Under the pieces are notes generated by a model. That model was not told where the DNA came from, ran no database searches, and was given only the letters and a program-made list of their open reading frames with translations. A DNA stretch of 64,000 nt from Piromyces finnis finn (Eukaryota > Fungi > Neocallimastigomycota): assembly GCA_002104945.1 (NCBI GenBank), contig MCFH01000029.1, positions 372,001 through 436,000 on the forward strand, in the 5' to 3' direction. The stretch's first letter is position 1; each line of letters begins with the position of its first letter. The position numbers and the translations under genes are program-made. Below are positions 1-16,900 of this stretch, piece by piece.

Positions 1-243
1 ATTTTTTCCTTTTCGGTTAAATCTTTAAATAATAGACTTGCACTTAGTAAATTTAATTCCTTTAATTTCTCTTGGTTTTTTCTAATATTTTCCAGTCTCT
101 TTCTTTCATACTCATTAACATTTTCTTTATCTAATTAGTATAAAATTCATTGTTAATCGAATTATAAATTTTAAAATTATACTAGTAATTATTAAAATTA
201 TTGTTTTCTTTAAGAACAATATTATTATTTATATCCTACCCAT
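1..243 (-). CDS. 5' end of a gene running off the window; N-terminus MDKENVNEYERKRLENIRKNQEKLKELNL, resembling the CMR1/WDR76-type N-terminal motif
   Basis: ATG+G exon at 243-240, GTAGG donor at 239, AG acceptor, then an open exon 130-1. The EYERKRLENIRKNQ motif also occurs in other chromatin proteins, so it is not diagnostic. Confidence 0.55.
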
Positions 244-937
244 TTCTAAGAATTTATATAAACAAGATATATTTTTTATAATTATTTCGATTCAATAATT
301 GATATTTGATGTTATATTTTAAAAAAAATTAGTTTATAATTTGCTTAAATCTATATATAATAAGATTATCATATTTTTTTTATTCTTTTACATTACACAA
401 AAAATCAAAAAATTTTAAATTATATTAATCTTTTTTTAAAAAAAACTAATAAATAAAATTTAAGTTAATATAAAACCTTGAATTATTATTAGCTGAAAAA
501 AAAAGAATTGTATATGAGAAATGAATAAAATCAATTTTTTGTAAAATTAACATTGACAAAAAACTTTATAAAAATATATAAATTATAAAAAAAAAATAGA
601 TCTATACTAAAATATCATAAAAATATATAATATATGATTTTTTTAAAATAATTTAATTTTTTAAAATTAATTAAACTTTTAATAAAAATCATTAAAAAAT
701 ATATTAATTTTTATTAAATTCTTATTTCTTTTAGTATTATTAAATCTTTACATTTAAAAAATAATCTTTCTTTTTTTAAATAATTGAAATTAATTATTTT
801 AATTATATTGACTGTATTAATAATAGTTGCTTAAAGAAAAAATTAGTAACAAAATAATAATTAATTTAATTTAATTATTATAAAAATAAATAATTGTAAC
901 ATAAAAGTTTTCATGTAATTTAATCAATAAAGAGAAT

Positions 938-2949
938 ATGGCTGTTTATAATGATTTAATAATTGGCTTATATTTAGTTTTTGGAGGCTGTTGTTTTAAT
1001 GTTATTACATTAGAATCAATTTTAAAGTATTTATATTATATAATATATTCATTAAAGTAATAGAATTTAAAATTTAACAAAAAAATTATATATTTATTTT
1101 TTAATATTTCATTAAAATTTAAAATTTTAAAGGATTCAAAAAAGTTGTGGTAAGAATATTATGTTTTAGAAATATCATCATAATAATAAAAACGTAAAAT
1201 CATAATCGTATTTCAAAATTTTATTTAGATTAACATTAATAATATTTAATACTATTGATAAATTAATAAATATCACAGGACGATTAATTACTTTGATTCA
1301 ATTCATTTTTATTGCATGTGAAGGTCTTATTCATAATATTCGTTTTCATAATCCAATAAAAGAAAAAACTTTTCCAATATCTTTAAAACAAAGAAAAGCG
1401 CCTTTATATAAATGGTTTTTAATGGTTGCTCTTTTTTTCATTTCTTCAGTTCTCAATAATCTAGTTTTTGAATTTCATATTTCTATACCTATTCATATTA
1501 TGCAAGTAGAAATTATTGATACTATTTTACCCTTATAAAATATTATATTAATTATTATTATTTTTCAATTAAATAGTTTTCGCTCAAGCTCAATCATTAT
1601 GAATATGATAATGAGTTGGTTAATATTAAAAAAAAGGTATTTAATGTATAAAAAAAAAAAATTAAAACTATTATTTTTAAATAACTAAATAACTAACTAA
1701 ATAAACTATGAAAAAGGTATTCACTTCAACAAATATTGGCAATTTGTATAGTGACTGTTGGTTTAATTATAACAACATTAAGTTCTGCAAAAGATGTATG
1801 ATATTATACATATATATTTATAAATAAATAGCTAATATTCAATTTTTTTAATAAAATATTAAAATATTATTATATATATATATTGATAATATAATAGAAA
1901 GGAAAAGCTGAAACACAAGAAAAAGATTTTAAAAAATGGATAATGGTAATAACAAATAATAACAACAATACAATAACAATCAATAATTAATGATTTATAT
2001 TAATATAATTTGTAGGGTATTATTATTTTAGTTATATCATCATTTACAGGATCATTAATGGGCATTTATCAGGAATATATGTTTAAAAAGTACCCTGGTA
2101 CATGGAAAGAATGTAATTATATTATTTAATTTTATATTATATTTTTATAATACATTTATAAAGTAAGATGTAATATTAACTTATATTATTATTGTATTAA
2201 TTATATATACTTTCTGCGATAATAGGCCTATTTTATAATGTAAATAATAGATAATATAATATATATATAAAATATATTCTTTAAATACTTAATCTTAACT
2301 AATTAATATTTAATAACTATAATTTTTCTAATATTCAATCAAAAAGCATCTTTTATCAGTCCCAATTTTTATGCTTTTCTTACCACAACTAAAAGAACAA
2401 TGGTATTTATTCCAGACTAGTCCAAAGAATAGAATAGGATATTACCTTCCAATCCCATTATTACCTTCATATATTTCCAATATTAAAATACAAGGTGTTT
2501 GGTTATTAGTTATAGCAAATATTATTACACAGTAAGCTTTCTTTTTTCCATATTTAAAAATTATCAATATAATTTTATGTAATATATTATTTAAAAACAT
2601 GATTAATATAATATTTAGGTATATTTGTGTTTCAGGAGTTCAAAAATTATCATCAATTTGTTCTTCAGTTACATTAAATCTAATATTGAATGTAAGAAAA
2701 TTTATTAGTCTTTTAATATCAGTAATTTTCTTTAAAAATCCATTTTCAAAGATGTCTTGGTTTGGCTCTATGTATGATTTTTTTTTTGGAATTAAATATA
2801 AATAATATTTATAGTATAAATAAAAATTATTAACATAATGTTTTTATGAATATAGATTTGTTTTTGCTGGTGTTATATGGTATGTTAAAGCATCAGATAT
2901 GCTTAAGAAAAAAGAAAAAACCAAAGAAATCAAAAAGAAAAGAAATTAA
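938..2949 (+). CDS. YEA4: UDP-GlcNAc/UAA-family nucleotide-sugar transporter (SLC35B4/Yea4-like), multi-exon
   Basis: Spliced product MAVYNDLIIGLYLVFGGCCFNVITLE...GRLITLIQFIFIACEG...IPIHIIFRSSS...QYICVSGVQKL...VTLNLILNVRKFISLLIS...FVFAGVIWY, ending in a basic tail KKKRN*. Includes a 17-nt exon (1133-1149) and a GC-AG intron (1502-1576). Confidence 0.9.
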
Positions 2950-2992
2950 AAAATATTATATATGAAAAATTATAATCTATCGATATTATAAT

Positions 2993-3261
<269 letters not shown>

Positions 3262-3491
3262 TGAATGTGTGAATTTAAATAAAATGAAATTTAAAATTTT
3301 TTGTATATTTTGTATGGTAATTTTTGTATTACATTTAAAGATAAATATAAATTAAAATTTTGAATTTTAATTTAAAAAGTATAAATTAAATCTTTTATTA
3401 ATATTAAAAATGAAATAATATGTAATATATATAAATAAAAAGAAAAAAAAAAGTATATATATTTATAAAAATAAAAAAAAAAAAGAAAATA

Positions 3492-7120
<3,629 letters not shown>

Positions 7121-7274
7121 TATTATTTTCTATTTTAATAAAATAGTAATAAAAAAATAAATTTTTAATCATTAAGTAAACTAATATTTAAATAATCTTT
7201 TAATATCTTTTATGAAAATAAATGTTAAAATAAATTATAATTAAAGCTTTTATTTGCTCAATTAAACTAATATT

Positions 7275-7305
<31 letters not shown>

Positions 7306-7458
7306 ATTTTATATATTTATATTTATTTATTTATTTATACTTATAACTTATTGCAAAAATTAAATTATATATATATATATAAATAATTATTATAGTAATC
7401 ATTAAATAATATAAAAAAGTAAAAAATTAAAAAATACATAAATAATTATTAATAGTGT

Positions 7459-8250
7459 TTATTTTTTTCTTCTTGTTGTTGTTCTCTTTTTTGTTGTACT
7501 TGATGCTGAAGCTTTTCTGGTAGATGCTTTAGTTGATTTTGCTTTAGATTTTGTTTTATTTTTAACACCTGCTGCATTTAATATTTTATCATTTAATATA
7601 TCATCTTCATTTTCGTCTTCATTTTCGTCACCATTTTCTTCGTTATCAACAATTTCCTCTGCATCTGGAATTACTTTTTCTGTTTTAACATTTTTTTTAA
7701 CAGCTATTGGTGCTATAAACGATGTAGGATGATTTTCCTTATTATATCTATTTTTAAAAATATAGAAATATTTATTTAATATTACTTGAAGTTATTTTTC
7801 AAAATTAATTATCTGTACTTACAATCTTGTAAATGTTCGCTTAATATTAGTATCAACCTTCTTTAATAGTTTTTCTCCTGATTTATCACCAACACCTAAT
7901 TCCATAATCATGTCAAAATCTTCTTTTGATATATAATATGAATCCATTTCTTCTATAACATCTGATATACCATCCTATTATATATATATGTTATAATAAA
8001 TATTTAATTATTTTTATGATATATATTGGCATAATTAATAAGTATATATTACAGCTCCCTTTTCCAAAAGTGGTGTTAATAAAGAATTTGTCAAACTTGG
8101 AATATACTCTTGACGGAATTCACTTATATTTGATGATATTTTTTGACATGAATGGGAGTAAATTTCATGAAGACATCTCTTGTATTTTCCTGCCTTTGAA
8201 TTCTGACCTAACCATCTTTATGTATTTATATATAAATATATTTATTTACT

Positions 8251-8294
<44 letters not shown>

Positions 8295-10517
8295 GTATTG
8301 TCTTACCCTGGGAAATTATATTGACCATGTGCCATTCCATGAACAAAATATGATGGTCTTGCACAAGAAAATGACCCTTGAACAGATAATAATGACCAAT
8401 TATTTGTTCTTTATAAATTATGTTAATATATGCTGTCATATAATAAATATATTTACTATTTTACATTTAATTTTACCTTCTTAAAGTATTATTTATTATG
8501 TCACCATATGCTATTGAATCAGATGCTTCTGACATTAAATTTAATAGTTTTACTGAATCTGGTCTTCCTCTTTCATTTTTTGCTAATACTGGAGAAATTT
8601 GTAAATAGTTTTCCTAATAAATAGTAAATGAATATTATTAATAAATAATATCATTTAAAAATATTGTTATTATTATTAATTACCTGAATCATCAATGGCA
8701 TAAGTTCATAATCTTCAAAGAAGTAATCCATTCTATCAGCGAATGTTGAATTTCTATATTCTGATAAATTAAAGAATTTTTGTACTAAACTGAATGGGTT
8801 TTGTGAAAAATCTTTTTCTGATTTTTTTGCTCTAATAATAATAAAATAATAATAACAAATTATTAATTAATTAATATTAAATACTAAAATATTAAAATTT
8901 AATATTAGCTATTCATCATTATTATATTATAATTCCTACATACAATAATTTACTATCATCATAAGAAATACTTGTTGCATTTAATCTATATGTAGCTAAT
9001 GCATTTAATACTTGTCTTATATCTGATTGTGTACTTTGTATAATTTGTTCAATAGAATTTTGTTGGAAACGTAAACCTTCTTTTTGGCAAATTGGTCCAA
9101 TTCTTTTCATAATTGCTGAAGCATCTGGTCTTCTAAATCTTAGATCTAATGTATAGTTTGCTAAGGTTCTTATCTTAGGAGATTGTCTATCATTACAAAT
9201 ACATATTATAGGGGTCTAAAATATTTAAGTTTATATATATTTTATGTATTAATATTTTGAATATTATAATGATAAATTTATTTGTAAAATATGTATATAT
9301 ATATACTTTTGTTTTTTTGATCATTTGAATTAGTTCGGCATTACCCCCACGATCACCACTAGACATACCATCAACTTCATCCATAATAATTACATTTTTA
9401 ATGTCATTGTTAATTTGTTTTTTCTATTTATATATTTATTAGTAAGAAATCATTTTATATTTTATATATTATACTACTACATATATATATACTTTTAAAT
9501 TTTTATCAAGATATTCTGTCATTGTATGATTTCCTATTAAATCTGATAAAGTGTTCTATATAATAATAATAACAATAACAATTAGTAAATAATAATATAA
9601 ATTTCCATATTTATAGAATGAATATTTAATTACTAACTTTTAAAATATTTTTGCTTCTGGCATCACTTGCATTAAATTCTATTGGTTTAAATCCTTCAGC
9701 TTCTGAACATAATATTGCTGCAGTAGTTTTACCAATACCTGGAGGTCCAGAAAGTAGTAAAGCTTTAGGTGAATCTTTTTTAAAAATTGCGCCAGATTTC
9801 CTTTAAAGCCAATATATAATAATAATAATAATTAACATTTATAATTATTAGTATAACTTTAAATAAAATACATACCAATCTTTTAACCATGATCTAATTT
9901 TATCAATATTTGTTTTATGTCCAATAATTTCGCTCACATCTTTTGGTTTATATTTATCAACCCAAAGTAATGTATCATTGGATCTAAATAATAATAATAA
10001 TATTAATAAAAATAATATATAAATATATAAATATATAAATGAATAAATAAATTAAGTATATATATAAAGCAAAAAACAAACAAACAAAAAACAAAACAAA
10101 ACAAAACAAAAAAAAACAGACACATATCAACCCTTTAAATTACTTACTTATATTCTTTGTCATCAATATTCATTTTTTCAATTTTATTTGAATTCTCATT
10201 TATATGAATACTTGATTTATTATTGAATGATGGTCTTGATTTTTCTGAATTTTCTATGGGCTTTTTAACAGATTCTTTAATTAACATTAAATCACTATCA
10301 TTATTGTTACTTTTAATGTCATTACTTGACGTTATATCATTTTTATTTAATGATGAACCAATTAAATCCAATAATTCATCTTCATTAATTTGCTTAATTT
10401 TATGTTTTTTAGCTTTGGCTAGTTTTGATTCTCCAGGATCTTCACCTACAACCAAATATGTAGTCCTTGAACTTGGTGCGCCTGTAACACGACTATATAT
10501 TAAAATATAAATATTGA

Positions 10518-10595
<78 letters not shown>

Positions 10596-12293
10596 ACAAA
10601 TAAATAAATAAATAAATAAATAAATTAAAGTATAAGTAGATAATTAAGTAGATAAATAAATAAATAAAAATTAAATATTGTAATAAAAAATAATAAATAT
10701 ATATAACTTTTTTATATATTTTACCCTCCATATCTTTTAACTAAATCGGTAGCTTCATCCCTTGATATAGATGATAAATCACCAGTAAAAACAAATGTCA
10801 TTCCCTTTTATTTTTTTTAATTAAATTTATCTTTAAATTCTGTAATTAAATTATATTATATATATATTTATATAATGCATTTATTTAATATTTACTAGCA
10901 AACAATTTTCTTTTCCTTTTGGAATAATCTTTGATCCAGGAGCTTTTGGCCCTGCGCTTTTTTTTGCTAAATATGCTCTATAACTTAATTTGCAGAATAA
11001 TAATAAATAAGAGTAAATAAATAAATAAATAAATAAATAAACAAACAAACAAATAAATAACAATAATAATAATAGGATAATTAAAATAAATGACATATGG
11101 AAATTTATTAATTTATTAAAAATTGAGGATAATTACTTGAATTTTTTTTTTGGCTTTTCTTCTTCTATTAATTCATCCTAAAGAAAAAGAATTTTATAAC
11201 ATAAAAGAAATCTTAATTATTGCGTATATATATTAAGGAAGTATTTAATTTATTTAAGAACCTCTATTTTTTTTGATTGCAATTCCGATTTATGTTCCAA
11301 TTCTTCATTATCTTGCAATTCCGACTTGAAATTTAATTCAATATTAATATATAAATATATATTTTACAATTAATATACATACTAATATAATTATTAACTT
11401 GTAATTTAAATAGTAATTACTTTTGTTCTCTTTTTAATAGGTAAATCTAATTCTTTTTCTTCTTTTTTATTAATTTCCATTGATTTTACTTTTGATGATG
11501 ATATTTTTTTCTTTGTTCTATTATTATTTTCTGCAACAGCCATTTCATCGTCATTGCTATCTAGAATTTGTTTTCCTTTACTTTTTTTAATATTAATATT
11601 TTCAAATGATGTATTATCATCTGCTTCGTTTAAAATTTTCCTCTTTTGTTTTTCATTCTGATAATTTATATTTAAATTAATAATTGTAATAAAAAATTTT
11701 TTATAAAATTTTATTATATATTTTTCATTAATATTGAATATTATTTATTTATCTATATTTACTTCTGAATTGCTTTTTTTTGCAAAGTATGTAGAAGGAT
11801 CAATAACTTTCATTCTTTTATTTAAATTATCTCCACTTTAGTGAATTTGAAATAATGAAAATATAAACATTTAATATATTAAAATATTTTTTTTTAATAT
11901 ATTAATACTTTTATTATAGATTCAACAATTATACAAATATATATTACTCTTCTTTTTTAGTTTGTTCATTTTCTAATGTTTTTTTATTTTTTATTTATTT
12001 TTTTTATTTATTAAAATATAATATTAGAACTTTTTATTAATTTTTAAACAACTTTATAATTATTTATATGAATATATTTATAAATTCAAAATATTTACCT
12101 TTTTTTCTTTTTGCATTCTAAATTTTAATGTTTTCATTTTTTTTTTTTTAATTAAAATTCAATATTTTTATATAGTATTTATTGTTATTACTTTTTAATA
12201 TATTAAATAATATTAAATTAAATAAAAATAGTATAGTATTATAATTATTACCTTTCTATTTGCTAAAGGATTAAAATAATTTCTAATATCCAT
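7459..12293 (-). CDS. RFC1: Replication factor C large subunit, multi-exon
   Basis: Starts MDIRNYF; BRCT ([51 protein letters not shown]); Walker [13 protein letters not shown]; Walker [15 protein letters not shown]; C-terminal WSLLSVQG...NFPG region; basic tail ending RRKK*. Confidence 0.97.
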
Positions 12294-13950
12294 TTTATTA
12301 TTAACAACTATACATTCTTTAATTGAAGATATTATTAACAGAAGTATTTACAATTACACAATTTTTTTTTTTACTTAAACTGTGAAGAAATTTAAATTAA
12401 ATTTAATACAATGTTGATACATATTAATACATATTAAATGTATTATCATAAATAATTTTTGTATAAAAATTTTTCAAAATTAAATAATAGCATTGTATTG
12501 TTTTATTGTTAAATAATTATAGTTATACTTGAAATTTGATGGTGATGATATTAATAATAAAATTGTCTATAATTAAATAATAAACAAAATATATTAATAT
12601 GGAAAATACTATTAATAATTACTTTAAAATAAATTCAGTATTTAGTATAAGCATTTTGCATTTTTATTATTGTTTTATCCATTGTAAAAAAAAAAAAAAT
12701 TTTTGTAACACACTAAAAATATATCAAGTTTTTATATTTGAAGTAAAATAATTAATTTCTCAAATAATGAAATAATATAGAATAAAATTTTATGTATTAC
12801 AAGATTTTTTTTTAAAACTTTAAATGCTAATTGAAAGTTAAAAATATCGAAAGTGAAAAAAAAATAATAATAATAAAAAAAAAAGAGTAGTATTTTATAT
12901 ATTATTTATTTTCAGAGATAATGAAAATTGATATAATAAATCATAAAATAATATTATTAATATATATCAAATATTAATAATAATTTAAAATATAACTGTT
13001 CTTTTTTAAGAAAAAAAAAGAAAAAAAACTTTAAAAATCTATTGAAAAACGAATAAATATTAAATAGTATAATTGAAAACTATTTTTTTTGTTGAATGCA
13101 ATTTTTTGAGTATTTAAAATATTATTCTATCATTCTAAAAATATTTTAACTTTTATTTTTATATATAAAAATTATTTTAATCAATGAATTGTCTCCTTGA
13201 ATATATAAACCTTATTTTTAGCTTTTAAAAAATGAATAATTTTTTATATACAAAGATTTTATCATTTATTTTCCTAAACTCCTAAATATATAATAGTACT
13301 TTTTAAAGTTATAGATAGAAAAAAAGGTAATAATATAAATTAAATTAAAAGAGTGCTATTTATAGAATAATAATAGATTATTAAAATAAAATTTTCCACA
13401 TATATTTTATAAAAATAGAAAAATATAATAAAAAATTATAAAAATATACTAAATATGTTTGATTTTGTATTAATCAAAATGTTATAATAAAAAAAGAAAA
13501 AAAATTAGTCTATATTTTTTTATTTTTTATTTCTATATTTTTTTTTTATTTTTTTATTAATAATTCATTTTCATCCTCATTGTAATATAGTTGCAGTAAA
13601 AATTTCAAGCTATGTATTAACAATTACTTTTATAATTTACAATCAATAACAAATATAAAAAAAAAAAAAAAAAAAAATAACTCATGAAATGATTATTTAA
13701 TACTGAATAATTTAATTATATATAATAAATATATATATAAATATTAATTTTAAAATATTCATTTTCATTTTAATAATAATAGTAATAATAAGATAATAAT
13801 AAATATTGATACTTATATTTGTTAAAAATTTAATAAATATAATTAAAAATTATTAAATAAAAAAAAAAATCAATATCTATATACAATAATATTCTATTTA
13901 ATTATATATATATATAAATATACATAAACATAAACATTAATTAGAAACAG

Positions 13951-16900
13951 ATGAGTGAGGAGATTGATATCATTACAGAGAATGAAAATTCTCCAATAGT
14001 AGAAAAACATACAAAAGAAGAGAGAAATGATGAAATTAATGATATTGCAACAGAAAATATTAGTACTGAACCTAATCAATATATATCTCAATCAGATAAT
14101 AATCAAGAAATAGATTCAGAAAATATTCACGAAAATTTTTCAGAACCTACTACTGAACAAGAGAATTTAACAGAAAAAGTTAAAAGTATCGATATAAAGT
14201 CAGAAAATATAGAGTTAAATATTAATGAAAGTGAAAATTTAATACATGAGTTAAAAGCAGAAGCTAATAAAGCGAAAGAGGAGTTAAAAGAAGAAGTAAA
14301 TAAATTAAAAGAAGAATTAAAAGAAAACAATGAACAAGAAGTCAAATTGAAAGAGGAAGAAATAGATAATAAAATCAATGAAATAAAGAATGCAATTAAG
14401 GAAAAAAAAGAAGAAGTTAGAGAAGTCGTTGAAGATCTTAAATTAGAAGAAGATCGAATAGAAAATACGGATATTAGAGAAAATCAAAAAGAAGATATAA
14501 AAGGAAACCAAGATAAAATTGAAGAAGCAATTTCAAAAGAAATTCAAGAAATATCAGAAAGTATTGTTGAAGCCAAAAGTAAAGCTGAAGAAATTGTTGA
14601 TAAAGAAATCCAAGAAATAAATGATGAAATTAAAGACAAAGTAGAAATTATTTCAAAAGACATTAAAGAAATATCTGATGAAGTTGTTGAAGGTAAAGAT
14701 AAAGTTGAAGAAGTTATTTCTAAAGAAATTAAAGAAATAAACGATGAAGTTACTGAAGGTAAAGAAGTTAAAGATAAAGTTGAAGAAGTTATCTCTAAAG
14801 AAATTCAAGAAATAAATGATGAAGTTAAGGATAAAGTTGAAGAAGTTATTTCTAAAGAAATTAAAGAAATAAACGATGAAGTTACTGAAGGTAAAGAAGT
14901 TAAGGATAAAGTTGAAGAAATTGTTAGTAAAGAAATTCAAGAAATAAATGATGAAGTTAAAGATAAAGTTGAAGAAATTGTTAGTAAAGAAATTCAAGAA
15001 ATAAATGATGAAGTTAAGGATAAAGTTGAAGAAGTTATTTCTAGAGAAATTCAAGAAATAAATGATGAAGTTAAGGATAAAGTTGAAGAGGTTATTTCCA
15101 AAGAAATTCAAGAAATAAAGGATAAAATTACTGAAGATAAAGATGAAGTTGAAGAAGTTATCTCTAAAGAAATTCAAGAAATAAATGATGAAGTTAAGGA
15201 TAAAGTTGAAGAAATTGTTAGTAAAGAAATTCAAGAAATAAATGATGAAGTTAAGGATAAAGTTGAAGAAATTGTTAGTAAAGAAATTCAAGAAATAAAT
15301 GATGAAGTTAAAGATAAAGTTGAAGAAGTTATCTCTAAAGAAATTCAAGAAATAAATGATGAAGTTAAGGATAAAGTTGAAGAAGTTATCTCTAAAGAAA
15401 TTCAAGAAATAAATGATGAAGTTAAGGATAAAGTTGAAGAAGTTATCTCTAAAGAAATTCAAGAAATAAATGATGAAGTTAAAGATAAAGTTGAAGAAAT
15501 TGTTAATAAAGAAATTCAAGAAATAAATGATGAAGTTAAAGATAAAGTAGAAGAAGTTATTTCAAAAGAAATTAAAGATATATCTGATGAAGTTGCTGAA
15601 AACAAAGATAAAGTTGAAAAAGCTATTTCTAAAGAAATTCAAGAAATAAATGATGAAGTTACTGAAGTTAAGGGTAAAGTTGAAGAAATTGTTAGTAAAG
15701 AAATCCAAGAAATAAATGATGAAGTTAAGGATAAAGTTGAAGAAGTTATTTCTAGAGAAATCCAAGAAATAAATAATGAAGTTAAAGATAAAGTTGAAGA
15801 AGTTATTTCAAAAGAAATTAAAGCTATATCTGATGAAGTTGCTGAAAATAAAGATAAAATTGAAGAAGCTATTTCTAAAGAAATTCAAGAAATAAATGAT
15901 GAAGTTACTGAAGTTAAGGATAAAGTTGAAGAAGTTATTTCAAAAGAAATTCAAGAAATAAATGATGAAGTTACTGAAGTTAAGGATAAAGTTGAAGAAG
16001 TTATTTCAAAAGAAATTCAAGAAATAAATGATGAAGTTACTGAAGTTAAGGATAAAGTTGAAGAAGTTATCTCTAAAGAAATTCAAGAAATAAATGATGA
16101 AGTTAAAGATAAAGTTGAAGAAATTGTTAATAAAGAAATTCAAGAAATAAATGATGAAGTTAAAGATAAAGTAGAAGAAGTTATTTCAAAAGAAATTAAA
16201 GATATATTTGATGAAGTTACTGAAGGTAAAGAAGTTAAGAATAAAGTTGAAGAAGTTATTTCTAAAGAAGTTCAAGAAATAAATGATGAAGTTAAGAATA
16301 AAGTTGAAGAAGTTATTTCTAGAGAAATCCAAGAAATAAATGATGAAGTTACTGAAGTTAAAGATAAAGTTGAAGAAGTCATTTCAAAAGAAATTAAAGC
16401 TATATCTGATGAAGTTGCTGAAAACAAAGATAAAGTTGAAGAAGCTATTTCTAAAGAAATTAAAGAAATAAACGATGAAGTTACTGAAAGTAAAGAAGTT
16501 AAGGATAAAGTTGAAGAAATTATTTCTAAAGAAGTTCAAGAAATAAATGAAGAAGTTAAAGATAAAGTTGAAGAAATTGTTAATAAAGAAATTCAAGAAA
16601 TAAATGATGAAGTTACTGAAGTTAAAGATAAAGTTGAAGAAGTCATTTCAAAAGAAATTAAAGATATATCTGATGAAGTTGCTGAAAACAAAGATAAAGT
16701 TGAAGAAGTTATTTCTAGAGAAATCCAAGAAATAAATAATGAAGTTAAAGATAAAGTTGAAGAAGTTATTTCCAAAGAAATTCAAGAAATAAATGATGAA
16801 GTTACTGAAGTTAAAGATAAAGTTGAAGAAATTATTTCAAAAGAAATTCAAGAAATAAAGGATAAAGTTACTGAAGATAAAGATAAAGTTGAAGAAGTTA

